From Candidatus Latescibacterota bacterium (GTDB lineage: Bacteria > Latescibacterota > UBA2968 > GCA-2709665): DNA of 64,000 nt. Shown here one piece after another: positions 1-8,519 of this stretch (position 1 is its first letter; each line of letters opens with the position of its first letter). The notes under the pieces are model-generated. The model ran no database searches. It was not told the origin of the DNA and saw only the letters and a program-made list of their open reading frames with translations. Both the position numbers and the translations under genes were made by a program. The stretch covers positions 3,232,001-3,296,000 of the forward strand of contig OZ241917.1 of the NCBI GenBank assembly GCA_965203805.1. Reading direction: 5' to 3'.

Positions 1-229
1 ATAGCAGGAAGGGCAGCGTCATCCGGCTTCGCTCCCGAGCGATCGCGTCCATCCCCATCAGCACCGCGCCGAAGAGGCCGACCGCGTGACTGACTACATT
101 CACATCGGCAGGAGCAAATTCCCATTGGGAGAAAACCAGGCCGACAATCATCGCCAGGCCGGCGCATGCGGCGACTTTGTAGGCGGATTCGCGGGCTTCC
201 TTCCAGAACAGAGCACCGATCGGGTTCAT
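1..229 (-). CDS. ABC-2 type transporter permease, N-terminal part (runs off window)
   Basis: Manual translation MNPIGALFWKEARE...GMDAIARERSRMTLPFLL. The ATG at 229 overlaps the TGA of the ABC ATPase. Confidence 0.75.
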   Translation of the reverse strand, partial: MNPIGALFWKEARESAYKVAACAGLAMIVGLVFSQWEFAPADVNVVSHAVGLFGAVLMGMDAIARERSRMTLPFLL

Positions 230-1125
230 CGCTGTCCTCCTGATTCCGGATGGACATGGGCGACGAAGGCCTCCTCGAGGCCGACGTCCATCACGTCCTC
301 GATATGCCCGCCCTGCGCCTGGATGCGCGCGGCCTGTTCCTCGCCGTAGTCCACCACGGTCAGCAGCCGCCGCGGTCCCTCCCCCTGCACCTGGCGCAGT
401 CCTTCGATGTCCGTCATTCGATCCTCGCCTTCCTGCAGCCGTACTGTGACGCGCTTGACCGACCCTTTCACGTCGTCCACCGTGCCGTCGGTCACCAGGC
501 GTCCCTTTTCGATAATGGCCACGCGGTCGGCCACGCGCTCCACCTCGTGGACCAGGTGCGATGAAAGGAAAACCGTGCGGCCTTCCTCCTGGATGAGACC
601 GATAATGCTCTCGAGAAAGTCGCGACGCACCACCACGTCCAGCCCCGAGGCCGGCTCGTCCAGGACCAGCAGACGCGGCTCGTGGCCAAGCGCAAGGGTG
701 AGCGCCAGCTGGGCGTTCATCCCTCGCGACAGGTGCTTGACCTTCTGCTCCGGATCCAGGCCGAACCGCTCGATCAGCCCGTTTACACTGTCATGGTTCC
801 AGGTCTCGTAGAACTGGCCGGTGAACCAGACGAGTTCCCGTACTTTCATCCATCCGTACATCACCCGGTTTTCGGCCACGTACCCCACCTGCCGCCGCAG
901 CGCCAGCGTATCCTGCTCGGGATCCAGCCCCAGGACCTCCACCCTTCCGGCGGTGGGCTGCAGCAGGTTCATGAGAATCTGGATGGTCGTGGTCTTGCCC
1001 GCGCCATTGCGGCCGAGGAAACCGCAAACCGTCCCCGCGGGCACCTCCAGCTGCAGATCGTCCACGGCCGTGAGTTTGCCGAAGCGGTGGGTCAAGCCCT
1101 CGATTGCGATCGCTGTATCGCTCAT
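226..1125 (-). CDS. ABC transporter ATP-binding protein (YtrB-like)
   Basis: Walker A GRNGAGKTT, signature LSRGM, LVLDEP, SSH. GGGAG RBS precedes ATG 1125; alternative start at 1158. Confidence 0.93.
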   Translation of the reverse strand: MSDTAIAIEGLTHRFGKLTAVDDLQLEVPAGTVCGFLGRNGAGKTTTIQILMNLLQPTAGRVEVLGLDPEQDTLALRRQVGYVAENRVMYGWMKVRELVWFTGQFYETWNHDSVNGLIERFGLDPEQKVKHLSRGMNAQLALTLALGHEPRLLVLDEPASGLDVVVRRDFLESIIGLIQEEGRTVFLSSHLVHEVERVADRVAIIEKGRLVTDGTVDDVKGSVKRVTVRLQEGEDRMTDIEGLRQVQGEGPRRLLTVVDYGEEQAARIQAQGGHIEDVMDVGLEEAFVAHVHPESGGQR

Positions 1126-1150
1126 ATCGACTCCCTGTGTTCTGTCCCGG

Positions 1151-1540
1151 TCACTCATCGTTCCGGAAACGGTCGAGCCGTTCCCGGATCACCTGTTCCA
1201 TCTCGTCAGGAGACAGTTCCAGCTCGACGCCCTGCACCAGCGCCCTGTCGAGCAACTCCCTTACGATTTCCAGCTTTTCCTCTCGGGAAATGGTGACGTC
1301 CCGCTCGGCGACGTACGTGCCCATCCCCCGCTTCTTGTAGATGAACCCCTCGCGCTCCAGTTCAAGATAGGCGCGCGCAACGGTATTCGGGTTGATCAGG
1401 TACTGACCGGCGAGGTCCCTCACGGAGGGCAACTCTTCGTGCGGCTTGAGCACCCCCCGCGCCATCTGATACCTGATCTGTTCCATCATTTGCAGGTAGA
1501 TGGGCACCCCGTTGGCCGAATCTATGCGCAAGGGCAGCAT
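1151..1540 (-). CDS. GntR family transcriptional regulator (YtrA subfamily)
   Basis: PIYLQ...LPSVRDLA...INPNTVARAY..LEREG...RGMGTYV; short protein heading an ABC operon. Confidence 0.93.
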   Translation of the reverse strand: MLPLRIDSANGVPIYLQMMEQIRYQMARGVLKPHEELPSVRDLAGQYLINPNTVARAYLELEREGFIYKKRGMGTYVAERDVTISREEKLEIVRELLDRALVQGVELELSPDEMEQVIRERLDRFRNDE

Positions 1541-1560
1541 GGCTGCGTTCCTGTGCCAAG

Positions 1561-1598
1561 AGTATTACTGTATGGGTGAACCGATACAGTGATATACT
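1561..1598. promoter_or_regulatory. Palindromic operator for the YtrA-type regulator (autoregulation)
   Basis: AGTATTACTGTAT-gggtgaaccg-ATACAGTGATATACT imperfect inverted repeat just upstream of the GntR start. Confidence 0.65.
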
Positions 1599-1670
1599 AA
1601 CAAAACTGACTCGAAAATGCAAGCGGTTTTTTCGATCAGGGAAAAAAGCGGTGCGGCGAACGTCACAGAA

Positions 1671-1790
1671 GGGCGCCCCTGCAAGACCAGGGGAAGCGAT
1701 GGCAGGGTGAAGGCGTATGGAGGCGCGGTAAACAGCGGGCGGGAAGCGGGTCTGAAGGTGGGGCGGACATTCCTGTCTGCCCTCTTTTCG
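1671..1790 (+). repeat. ~110-bp dispersed repeat with REP-like ends, copy 1
   Basis: CGCCCCT.CAAGACCAGGGGAAGCGATGGCA...TGAAGGTGGGGC.GACATTCCT recurs at ~2993-3096. Confidence 0.8.
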
Positions 1791-1948
1791 TCGGCCTTCC
1801 GGGACGCACTGAGAATAAAGACAGTCGCCGGCTTTTTGGTACCGCAATTTTCGAATGTGGCAGATGCGACGAGTTGTTGCATACCCGGACATGGACTTTG
1901 TAGTCTTCGTCTTTTGGATGTGAGCAGACAGGAATGTCTGCTCCACCC
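1757..1948. repeat. Inverted REP pair (REPIN-like)
   Basis: GGTGGGGCGGACATTCCTGTCTGCCC at 1757 and inverted GAGCAGACAGGAATGTCTGCTCCACC at ~1922-1947. Confidence 0.65.
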
Positions 1949-2502
1949 TGAAACCTGGGTTCTCAGCATGACGTGGTGGATGCGCGCGGGAATTGCCCAC
2001 ACCCAAGTCGCAGGAGATGCTTCGTCAAGTTCCTGGATTTTCGGGGGACCGGCACACATTTTGCAGCCATTAACACAAGGCGCGACTACGAATTTCGGTT
2101 TCGCTGCAGAATCTCGGAACGAAGTAATTGCGCTCGGGAAGCCTCACGAAAGACACCGTTATGCGCCGCATACTGAAGTTGATTTTTTAGCCTTTATCAT
2201 TGTTGCAGTTCCCATTGACAGCCCGCGATTTTTGTTGTTATTTTAATCCATTGGCGCAAGACGGGGGAGAAGGACGTAGTCATATTGGGCGCCTGGTCTG
2301 TCACTGTCGCCTACTTCACAATACCAGCCCGTTGAAAAAGTCCATCCGGGCTACGTCCGGCCCTTGTGACCGAAATACGGCGTTGCGCTCCCTCCCCGAA
2401 TCCAGGGATTCGCGTCGGTCACGCGCCTTGTCTTCGGCCACAATGACTCGGCCTCGCCTGCAGAGCGACTTTTCCATCGGACTGTTAGGAGCAATTGACA
2501 TC

Positions 2503-2667
2503 ATGGGTATGTTCGTTGGGACGATGACTGAATTTGTGGCCAGATGGTACAAAAACAGGGTTCTCGAAAATGCGCGCGAAGAGATCCGGGAACAGGTTCG
2601 TGAGGAAGTCCTTCAGGAACTTCGGGAGGGCAGGCAGGACAAGACAGATGCGGGTGAAGTAAAGTGA
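2503..2667 (+). CDS. Small charged-helix hypothetical protein, possibly the remnant of a longer gene
   Basis: AGGAG upstream; MGMFVGTMTEFVARWYKNRVLENAREEIREQVREE... Confidence 0.4.
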   Translation: MGMFVGTMTEFVARWYKNRVLENAREEIREQVREEVLQELREGRQDKTDAGEVK

Positions 2668-2759
2668 ACATCCCGTTCCAATAAACCTGCGCAACTGTAA
2701 CCTCCGGACTGTGTTGATATTGAATTTCACGTCGGCTTGTCGTTCCGTTAAATTACAAT

Positions 2760-2837
2760 GTGCCAAGCATATTGCCCCCCGGAGGATCGTATTCTCCGGC
2801 CGACGCTCCTGTCCGCGGCAGGGGCGTTTCTTTTTTT
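2760..2837 (+). ncRNA. Putative two-hairpin small RNA, orphan copy
   Basis: Near-identical to 6448-6522. TTCACG-17-TAAATT promoter (2726-2754), hairpins CCGGAG/CTCCGG and ACGCTCCTGTC/GGCAGGGGCGT, then a T-tract. Confidence 0.6.
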
Positions 2838-2992
2838 CAATGAGACGGTTTTCGTGCGATTGGCAACCCCCCACCGCATCAGCCGTCGCCGGTCCATCGA
2901 CCCTTCGACATTTCGACACCCTTCGACAAGCTCAGGGAGCGAGGTCGATGCAGGCAGCTCAGGTATCGCCTCCGACAGCCGGGCACCCACAA

Positions 2993-3096
2993 GGGACGCC
3001 CCTACAAGACCAGGGGAAGCGATGGCAAGGTGGAGGCGCATGGAGACGTACGGGAAAAGGGCGGGAAGGAGGTTTGAAGGTGGGGCAGACATTCCT
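2993..3096 (+). repeat. ~110-bp dispersed repeat, copy 2
   Basis: Similar to 1671-1790. The overlapping GGGCACCCACAAGGGACGCCCCTAC is a REP-like palindrome. Confidence 0.8.
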
Positions 3097-3190
3097 TGGA
3101 ATTAACCAGAAAACTCTTGCACCCCTTAAAGTCGAAATATTATATTTCAATTGTCCACATACAGGCAACGTGCGATAAGGAAATATCCCC

Positions 3191-3502
3191 ATGGCAAACG
3201 ACAAGATGACCCATGACGAAATTATCCAGCGCATGCTGAAATTGGACATCGACGTTATGATTCTCCGTGTAGTCCTCCTACAGGTAATTCGTTCAATTGG
3301 GAAAGATCGTCCCGACCTAATTCAGCAGCTCCTCGTTACAACCGATCCGATAAAAGCCTCAGAAAAGACATTCCCAATAAAGGTCGCTCTTAGAAACGTC
3401 ATTCCGAAGGTCGTGCCGCTGCCAGTCTTTAATGAAATCTTCGATGACGCCTTTAGCGAAATCCACAACAACATAATCGCAATCGCCAACCTGGACCGCT
3501 AA
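3191..3502 (+). CDS. Hypothetical protein
   Basis: 103-aa ORF with AAGGA RBS in the AT-richer islet; no motif recognised. Confidence 0.65.
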   Translation: MANDKMTHDEIIQRMLKLDIDVMILRVVLLQVIRSIGKDRPDLIQQLLVTTDPIKASEKTFPIKVALRNVIPKVVPLPVFNEIFDDAFSEIHNNIIAIANLDR

Positions 3503-3643
3503 AGCGCTCATAATCAAACTCACCCACTTGCCCCGGTCTAAAGGAAAATCGCGCGCAAATGTGACTCTTGGTTAGTACTCCGTATTCAAGTGGCACGGGC
3601 GTCGTAGTATTGGATTTTCTTTGGGTTGATGATGCCGCAAACC

Positions 3644-4849
3644 CTAGAACAAATCCCGTTGGATCGACAGAATTCTGTCCCGAGATTTCGATTCCTCAGT
3701 ACCCCGGATTGCCTCCGCCGATGGACCATCCGATGAATCGAATACATCCTCATCTTGTTCGTCGTACAATCCACAATATTTCTCTTGCGGATTTGGATCG
3801 TAGAGCAATTCGATTTGGTGTTTCGACAACATCCGGAGCTCCCTGACGTCATTGATCAATATTCCCGCCTCCTGCTTCGTCATTACGGGAAATCCGTAGT
3901 TTTCGTTCTTGTATTTCAGAGAACGGCCCGAAGCCGTTCTGTTGGTTATGAATTCCAGGTGCTTTGCCAGCCTTTCGTCAATATACTGATTGGACGATGC
4001 CACAATGTCGTTTGTTCTCTCAGCTACCGCATCTGCGAAATTAGGGTCGATTTCATAGCCTACGCTGTTTCTGCAAGAAGCCATCGCTGCCGCCATTGAT
4101 GTGCCGGTCCCCAGGAACGGATCCAAGACCAGATCACCCTTCGCGGAGAACATATTAATTAGCCTGTACGCAAGCTCAAAAGGAAAGGCCGCACTTCTTT
4201 TGCGGAGATTCTCGTTTTTCAAGTCCTGCTTGGCTCCCTTCATATCCATCCATACATCGGAGAACCAGATATTCCGTTCTTCCCAAAAAAAAGCGCTCCT
4301 CTTTCGGCGTAGTTTTTCTGCCTGACTTTCGAATTTCCTCTTCCCACCTTTTCTGAAGACAAGGATGAATTCATGCTCTAATGTTACGTAAGCCCCTGGC
4401 GGCAACATTCCACTTCCCATAAACTTGTTTGGCGCATTTGTCTGCTTTCTCCAAAGAATCTCCGGCAACGCCTGAAATCCCGTCTTCAAGCAGTGGCTCG
4501 ATATTCTTGAATGGTTGGGATAAAGTTTGAAATCTCCGTCAATCGTTCTTGTGGCATCTCCCACGTTAATGCAGGCAATTCCTCCTGGCCTTAAAATTCT
4601 ATAGACCTCCTCCCATACGCCGTCGAGAAGCTGATTCATCAACTCAAATGCAAGATTGCCGTTTTTGTCCCACAATGCCTCTCCTATTGCGGGATTTTGT
4701 TTTGTAAACAACCCATCCCACATCTCAATCATGGGATACGGCGGGGAAGTAATCATCAGATCTACAGAATCGTCCCTAAGTTCATTCATACCATTTGAAT
4801 CTGCGTAGAATATCGTGTGCGTTGTTTTTATCTCACCCATCTTTCCCAA
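3644..4849 (-). CDS. Site-specific DNA methyltransferase (N4-C/N6-A, beta class)
   Basis: Catalytic TSPPY precedes SAM-binding DPFLGTGTS. Start may be ATG 4840. Confidence 0.93.
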   Translation of the reverse strand: MGKMGEIKTTHTIFYADSNGMNELRDDSVDLMITSPPYPMIEMWDGLFTKQNPAIGEALWDKNGNLAFELMNQLLDGVWEEVYRILRPGGIACINVGDATRTIDGDFKLYPNHSRISSHCLKTGFQALPEILWRKQTNAPNKFMGSGMLPPGAYVTLEHEFILVFRKGGKRKFESQAEKLRRKRSAFFWEERNIWFSDVWMDMKGAKQDLKNENLRKRSAAFPFELAYRLINMFSAKGDLVLDPFLGTGTSMAAAMASCRNSVGYEIDPNFADAVAERTNDIVASSNQYIDERLAKHLEFITNRTASGRSLKYKNENYGFPVMTKQEAGILINDVRELRMLSKHQIELLYDPNPQEKYCGLYDEQDEDVFDSSDGPSAEAIRGTEESKSRDRILSIQRDLF

Positions 4850-4944
4850 TCATCCTCCAGTCTCGTCCCGAACGAAGTTTCCCATATCCAGCTTATTTTC
4901 AAATCGATAATTAATCTACCGTACCGTACTTTATGTCGATCAGG

Positions 4945-5544
4945 TCAAAAAAGCTTCGGCGGATCTTCATCTGGGATTTCAATTGTGATCCCGTCGCCCT
5001 TCTTTTCATAATACACAATGGTTACGTAAATTGCATCGGCCAAACTTGGCTTTGATTTAAAAGTACTTGGCTTAATTGAGTACGGGCGATCGCCGACAAA
5101 TCCATCTATTCCTTGGCTTTCTTCATACGTTTCGGCCAGACGATAATCGCACCCCTTCAACTCAGCCAGTCTCTTCAGAATCGCTTCTTGAAACCTAAGG
5201 CCCACAAAAGTCTTCACGAGCACCAGATCCTCGACCCAACTCTTAACAAGCTCTCGATCGATAACCGGGAATGCCGTCTGTAATTTTTCGAGCATCGACG
5301 TAATTCGATTGGTCGCCTGATCAATTGCGTCGGGGTTTTTCTCAAGATACCACTGAACCCACTCTTCGTATGTTTTGCCCGGAAACTGCTGAATCAGTTC
5401 GCTCATCTGCCCCACTACCTTTGGTCTGGTCCCCTGCGCGTTCTGATTAGCCAGATTCATTATTTGAGTTGTGTATTTGGGAAACTCCGAAATTGGCGCT
5501 TCCAAGTACTCCTGAATCTCTTCATTCTTAAGCTTTAATTTCAC
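4945..5544 (-). CDS. Type II restriction endonuclease, MjaI family
   Basis: FPKYTTQIMNLANQNAQGTRPKVVGQMSELI...ESQGIDG...SIKP; adjacent to the MTase. Confidence 0.85.
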   Translation of the reverse strand: MKLKLKNEEIQEYLEAPISEFPKYTTQIMNLANQNAQGTRPKVVGQMSELIQQFPGKTYEEWVQWYLEKNPDAIDQATNRITSMLEKLQTAFPVIDRELVKSWVEDLVLVKTFVGLRFQEAILKRLAELKGCDYRLAETYEESQGIDGFVGDRPYSIKPSTFKSKPSLADAIYVTIVYYEKKGDGITIEIPDEDPPKLF

Positions 5545-5733
5545 TGCAATACCTCGGAAAGATATTGGCGTATAGTGACTTACTCAGACGTTTCCCTTGG
5601 AAGGTTGAACACTTGTGGCCAGCACCGATGTTATTGCCTGTTGTGTGTCCAAACCAAGCGTCAACTGTCGTTACTTTGCAGCATTTTCAATGAATTGTAG
5701 GGAATTCACACCAAATAAATCGTCGTCACGTTT

Positions 5734-6399
5734 TTATGGTTTAGTTTTCCATCTATCCGGACAAGATAGTTCATAGCCATCCGGTTTGGTTATCTTTTCT
5801 GGTAACATACTAATACTTAGTTTCTTTCTGCCAATCACAAATGATCCAGAAGCCATTGCGCTCAATGCTCCCGAAATTCTCGAAGGGGGAAAGGCGATTA
5901 CAATACGCTTTCGATACAATTCGATCACCTTTTTGACGGGTGGAACGAGGTCGCCGTCGCCCGAAATTACGATTGCCGCATCGTACCTGTCTTGTTGAGC
6001 ATCGACTAACATTTCGACAGCAATTGCTACGTCGGTCCTTTTCTCTTCCGAATCATCCCATTCGAACTTGCAGGACGGACAGGACACCTTCTTACGTACA
6101 TAATGTCCCCAGTTCTTACGTACATAATGTCCCCAGTAGAATTTGACGCCGCCCATTGCATTTAGGGCTTCGAGAAAGGTGTTTTGTCTCTTCCATTTGC
6201 CACGGTCTCTATTGTTCTGAGAAACACGCGACGTGAAGTACTTCACGCCTACCAATGATTGGTGCTCACGGAGTAGATTATGAGACAGAAGCCTTAAATC
6301 CAGCCAGAGAAAGCGATTCTTCCACTTTGACTTTAAACCATAATAGAGATTGAATCCGTCTATGTAGACGATTACACGTTCCTTGGAAGTCTGTTTCAT
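5734..6399 (-). CDS. NYN domain (LabA/DUF88, PIN-like) ribonuclease
   Basis: YIDGFNLY, EEKRTDVAIA, ISGDGDLVP acidic motifs and a CPSC insert. Confidence 0.9.
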   Translation of the reverse strand: MKQTSKERVIVYIDGFNLYYGLKSKWKNRFLWLDLRLLSHNLLREHQSLVGVKYFTSRVSQNNRDRGKWKRQNTFLEALNAMGGVKFYWGHYVRKNWGHYVRKKVSCPSCKFEWDDSEEKRTDVAIAVEMLVDAQQDRYDAAIVISGDGDLVPPVKKVIELYRKRIVIAFPPSRISGALSAMASGSFVIGRKKLSISMLPEKITKPDGYELSCPDRWKTKP

Positions 6400-6412
6400 C
6401 CGGAATTTTCGC

Positions 6413-6441
6413 TTGACACACATATTATGAGTTGTTAAATT
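6413..6441 (+). promoter_or_regulatory. Sigma70-type promoter for the sRNA
   Basis: TTGACA-17 bp-TAAATT with an extended TG. Confidence 0.65.
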
Positions 6442-6447
6442 ACGAAT

Positions 6448-6522
6448 GTGCTAAGCATATTGCCCCCCGGAGGATAGCATTCTCCGGCCGACGCTCCTGT
6501 CCGCGACAGGAGCGTTTCTTTT
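6448..6522 (+). ncRNA. Putative two-hairpin small RNA, antisense to the NYN leader
   Basis: Promoter upstream, hairpin CCGGAG..CTCCGG, perfect 11-bp hairpin ACGCTCCTGTC/GACAGGAGCGT followed by TTCTTTT; second copy at 2760. Confidence 0.65.
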
Positions 6523-6535
6523 GTATACAACATCA

Positions 6536-6564
6536 AGCATAACATATAGTTATCGGCCAGTCAA
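6536..6564 (-). promoter_or_regulatory. Sigma70-type promoter for the NYN gene
   Basis: TTGACT-17 bp-TATGCT on the minus strand. Confidence 0.6.
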
Positions 6565-6726
6565 GGGATTAATCGAAGCGCAGGTGGCGCGCCAGTGAGG
6601 GTGGTTCGCGACCATTCGGATAATTACCCGGCGATGCATGTTTCGGCATGCGCGTCCATCACTGGCTGATCGAAGGACACTCGACCGATTCCCGTAGTGT
6701 AGGCAGCCTCATAGGAGCAGGATGTC

Positions 6727-7404
6727 TTGTTGACCTCGGAAGAATGGATGGTTCTTGGCCTTTCTCTGCGCGTGGGTCTGGTCTGCGTGCTGTTGAGCCT
6801 GCCCGCGGCGGTGATCCTGGGCTGGGTGCTCGCCAGGCGCGAATTCCGGGGCAAAGTGCTGCTCGACGGGCTTTGTCACCTGCCCCTGGTGCTGCCCCCC
6901 GTGGTGACCGGCTACGTGCTGCTGCTGTTGTTCAGCCGTCGAGGTGTTCTGGGGGGCTTTCTGGAACCGACGCTGGGACTCCAGGTGGCGTTTACCTGGA
7001 AAGGGGCGGCGCTGGCTTCGGCCGTGGTCGCATTTCCCCTGGCGCTTCGCGCCATCCGGCTGGCCATTGAGGCCGTAGACCCCAGGTTGGAACACGCGGC
7101 CCGCACATTGGGCGCCGGTCGGCTCAGAGTCTTCCTGACCGTAACGCTGCGGCTGGCCGCGCCCGGGCTGCTGGCGGGCGCAATGCTGGCATTCGCGCGA
7201 AGCCTGGGAGAGTTCGGCGCCACCATCACCTTTGTGTCGAATATCGCCGGGGAGACGCGGACGCTGCCCCTGGCGATATTCACGTACATCAACCGGCCCG
7301 GCGGGGACGCGGCCGTCGCCCGTCTGGCGATTCTGTCCGTCATCCTGTCCTTTGCGGCGCTGGTGGCCGGCGAGGTGGCGGCCCGGCGAATGAGGAGAAA
7401 CTGA
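6727..7404 (+). CDS. modB: Molybdate ABC transporter permease
   Basis: LPLVLPPVVTGY, FARSLGEFGAT, TRTLPLAI. Confidence 0.93.
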   Translation: MLTSEEWMVLGLSLRVGLVCVLLSLPAAVILGWVLARREFRGKVLLDGLCHLPLVLPPVVTGYVLLLLFSRRGVLGGFLEPTLGLQVAFTWKGAALASAVVAFPLALRAIRLAIEAVDPRLEHAARTLGAGRLRVFLTVTLRLAAPGLLAGAMLAFARSLGEFGATITFVSNIAGETRTLPLAIFTYINRPGGDAAVARLAILSVILSFAALVAGEVAARRMRRN

Positions 7405-7405
7405 C

Positions 7406-8485
7406 GTGCTCTCCATCCGCGTGAAACGGTCGCTGCCGGGATTTACCCTCGAGGCGGCGGTCGAGTGCCCCTATCCGGTGACCGCGATCTTCGGGCCTTC
7501 CGGCGCCGGAAAGACCACGCTGCTGGACCTCGTGGCGGGCCTGCTCGCGCCGGACGACGGGGAGGTCCGGCTGAACGACCGCGTGCTCTTCTCGTCCGAA
7601 ACGGGCGTGAATCTGCCGCCTGAACGGCGCCGCGTGGGGTACGTGTTTCAGGAAGACCTGCTGTTCCCCCATCTGACCGTCATGGAAAATCTGCGGTACG
7701 GTTACGACCTCCTGCCTCCGGATTCGCGCCGGTTCGAGGTGGGACCCGTGGTGGATCTCATGGGACTGTCCGGGCTGCTCGACCGGCGTCCGGCGCGTCT
7801 GTCGGGCGGCGAGCGGCAGCGGGTGGCGCTGGGGCGGGCGATTCTGGCCTCGCCGGAACTGCTCCTGATGGACGAACCCCTGGCTTCCCTGGATCAGGAA
7901 CTCAAAGACCGAATTATCCCCTACTTGCGGCACATCAGGTCGGACCTGGGCATCCCGATTCTCTACGTGAGCCATTCGGTCGCCGAGATCCTGGAGTTGA
8001 CCGGACAGGTAATCGTCCTGAAAGCCGGACGCGTGATCGCGCACGGGGACTTTTTTCACGTTGTCCATCATCCCGAGGTGCTGCCCCTGGCCGAGGCGCA
8101 CGGGTTCGAGAACGTGCTGCCGGTGGAGGTGGTGGCGCAGGACGGGGCCCGAAGAGGCTGCCGCGTGCGTTTCGGAAATCAGGAGCTTCGGGTGCCCCCA
8201 TGCGACAGACCCGTTGGAAGCCGGATCTTCATCAGCATTCGGGCAAACGACATCATCCTGAGCAGGAAACAGCCGGAGGGGTTGAGCATTCGCAACGCGA
8301 TGCGGGGCCGGATCCTCGACATGCAGGACGTGGACGGCAAACAACTGGTCTACGTGGACGTGGGGAAACGGCTGGCCGTGGAGGTGACCCTGGAAGCGCT
8401 GGAAGAGTTGGGCCTGGAGGTCGGCGACCCGGTGATGTGCCTGGTGAAAGCCCACTCGATTCGAATCGGCCCGAACGCGGACTGA
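7406..8485 (+). CDS. modC: Molybdate ABC transporter ATP-binding protein with TOBE domain
   Basis: GPSGAGKTT, LSGGERQRVA, SIRN C-terminal motif. Confidence 0.93.
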   Translation: MLSIRVKRSLPGFTLEAAVECPYPVTAIFGPSGAGKTTLLDLVAGLLAPDDGEVRLNDRVLFSSETGVNLPPERRRVGYVFQEDLLFPHLTVMENLRYGYDLLPPDSRRFEVGPVVDLMGLSGLLDRRPARLSGGERQRVALGRAILASPELLLMDEPLASLDQELKDRIIPYLRHIRSDLGIPILYVSHSVAEILELTGQVIVLKAGRVIAHGDFFHVVHHPEVLPLAEAHGFENVLPVEVVAQDGARRGCRVRFGNQELRVPPCDRPVGSRIFISIRANDIILSRKQPEGLSIRNAMRGRILDMQDVDGKQLVYVDVGKRLAVEVTLEALEELGLEVGDPVMCLVKAHSIRIGPNAD

Positions 8486-8519
8486 AGGCGTCGGGTGACG
8501 TGGTCCGATCCGATGCCCG

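Noticed and set aside
2068-2168. attC-like ends (CATTAAC...GTTATGC)
   Set aside because: The inner arms are not complementary, there is no integrase, and no second attC follows the neighbouring genes.
2250-2500. Possible frameshifted hydrophobic N-terminus of the 2503 ORF
   Set aside because: No recognisable family, so a pseudogene call cannot be supported without a homology search.
5575-5590. TGACTTACTCA upstream of the REase as a C-box
   Set aside because: It does not fit GACT-N3-AGTC and no controller gene is present.
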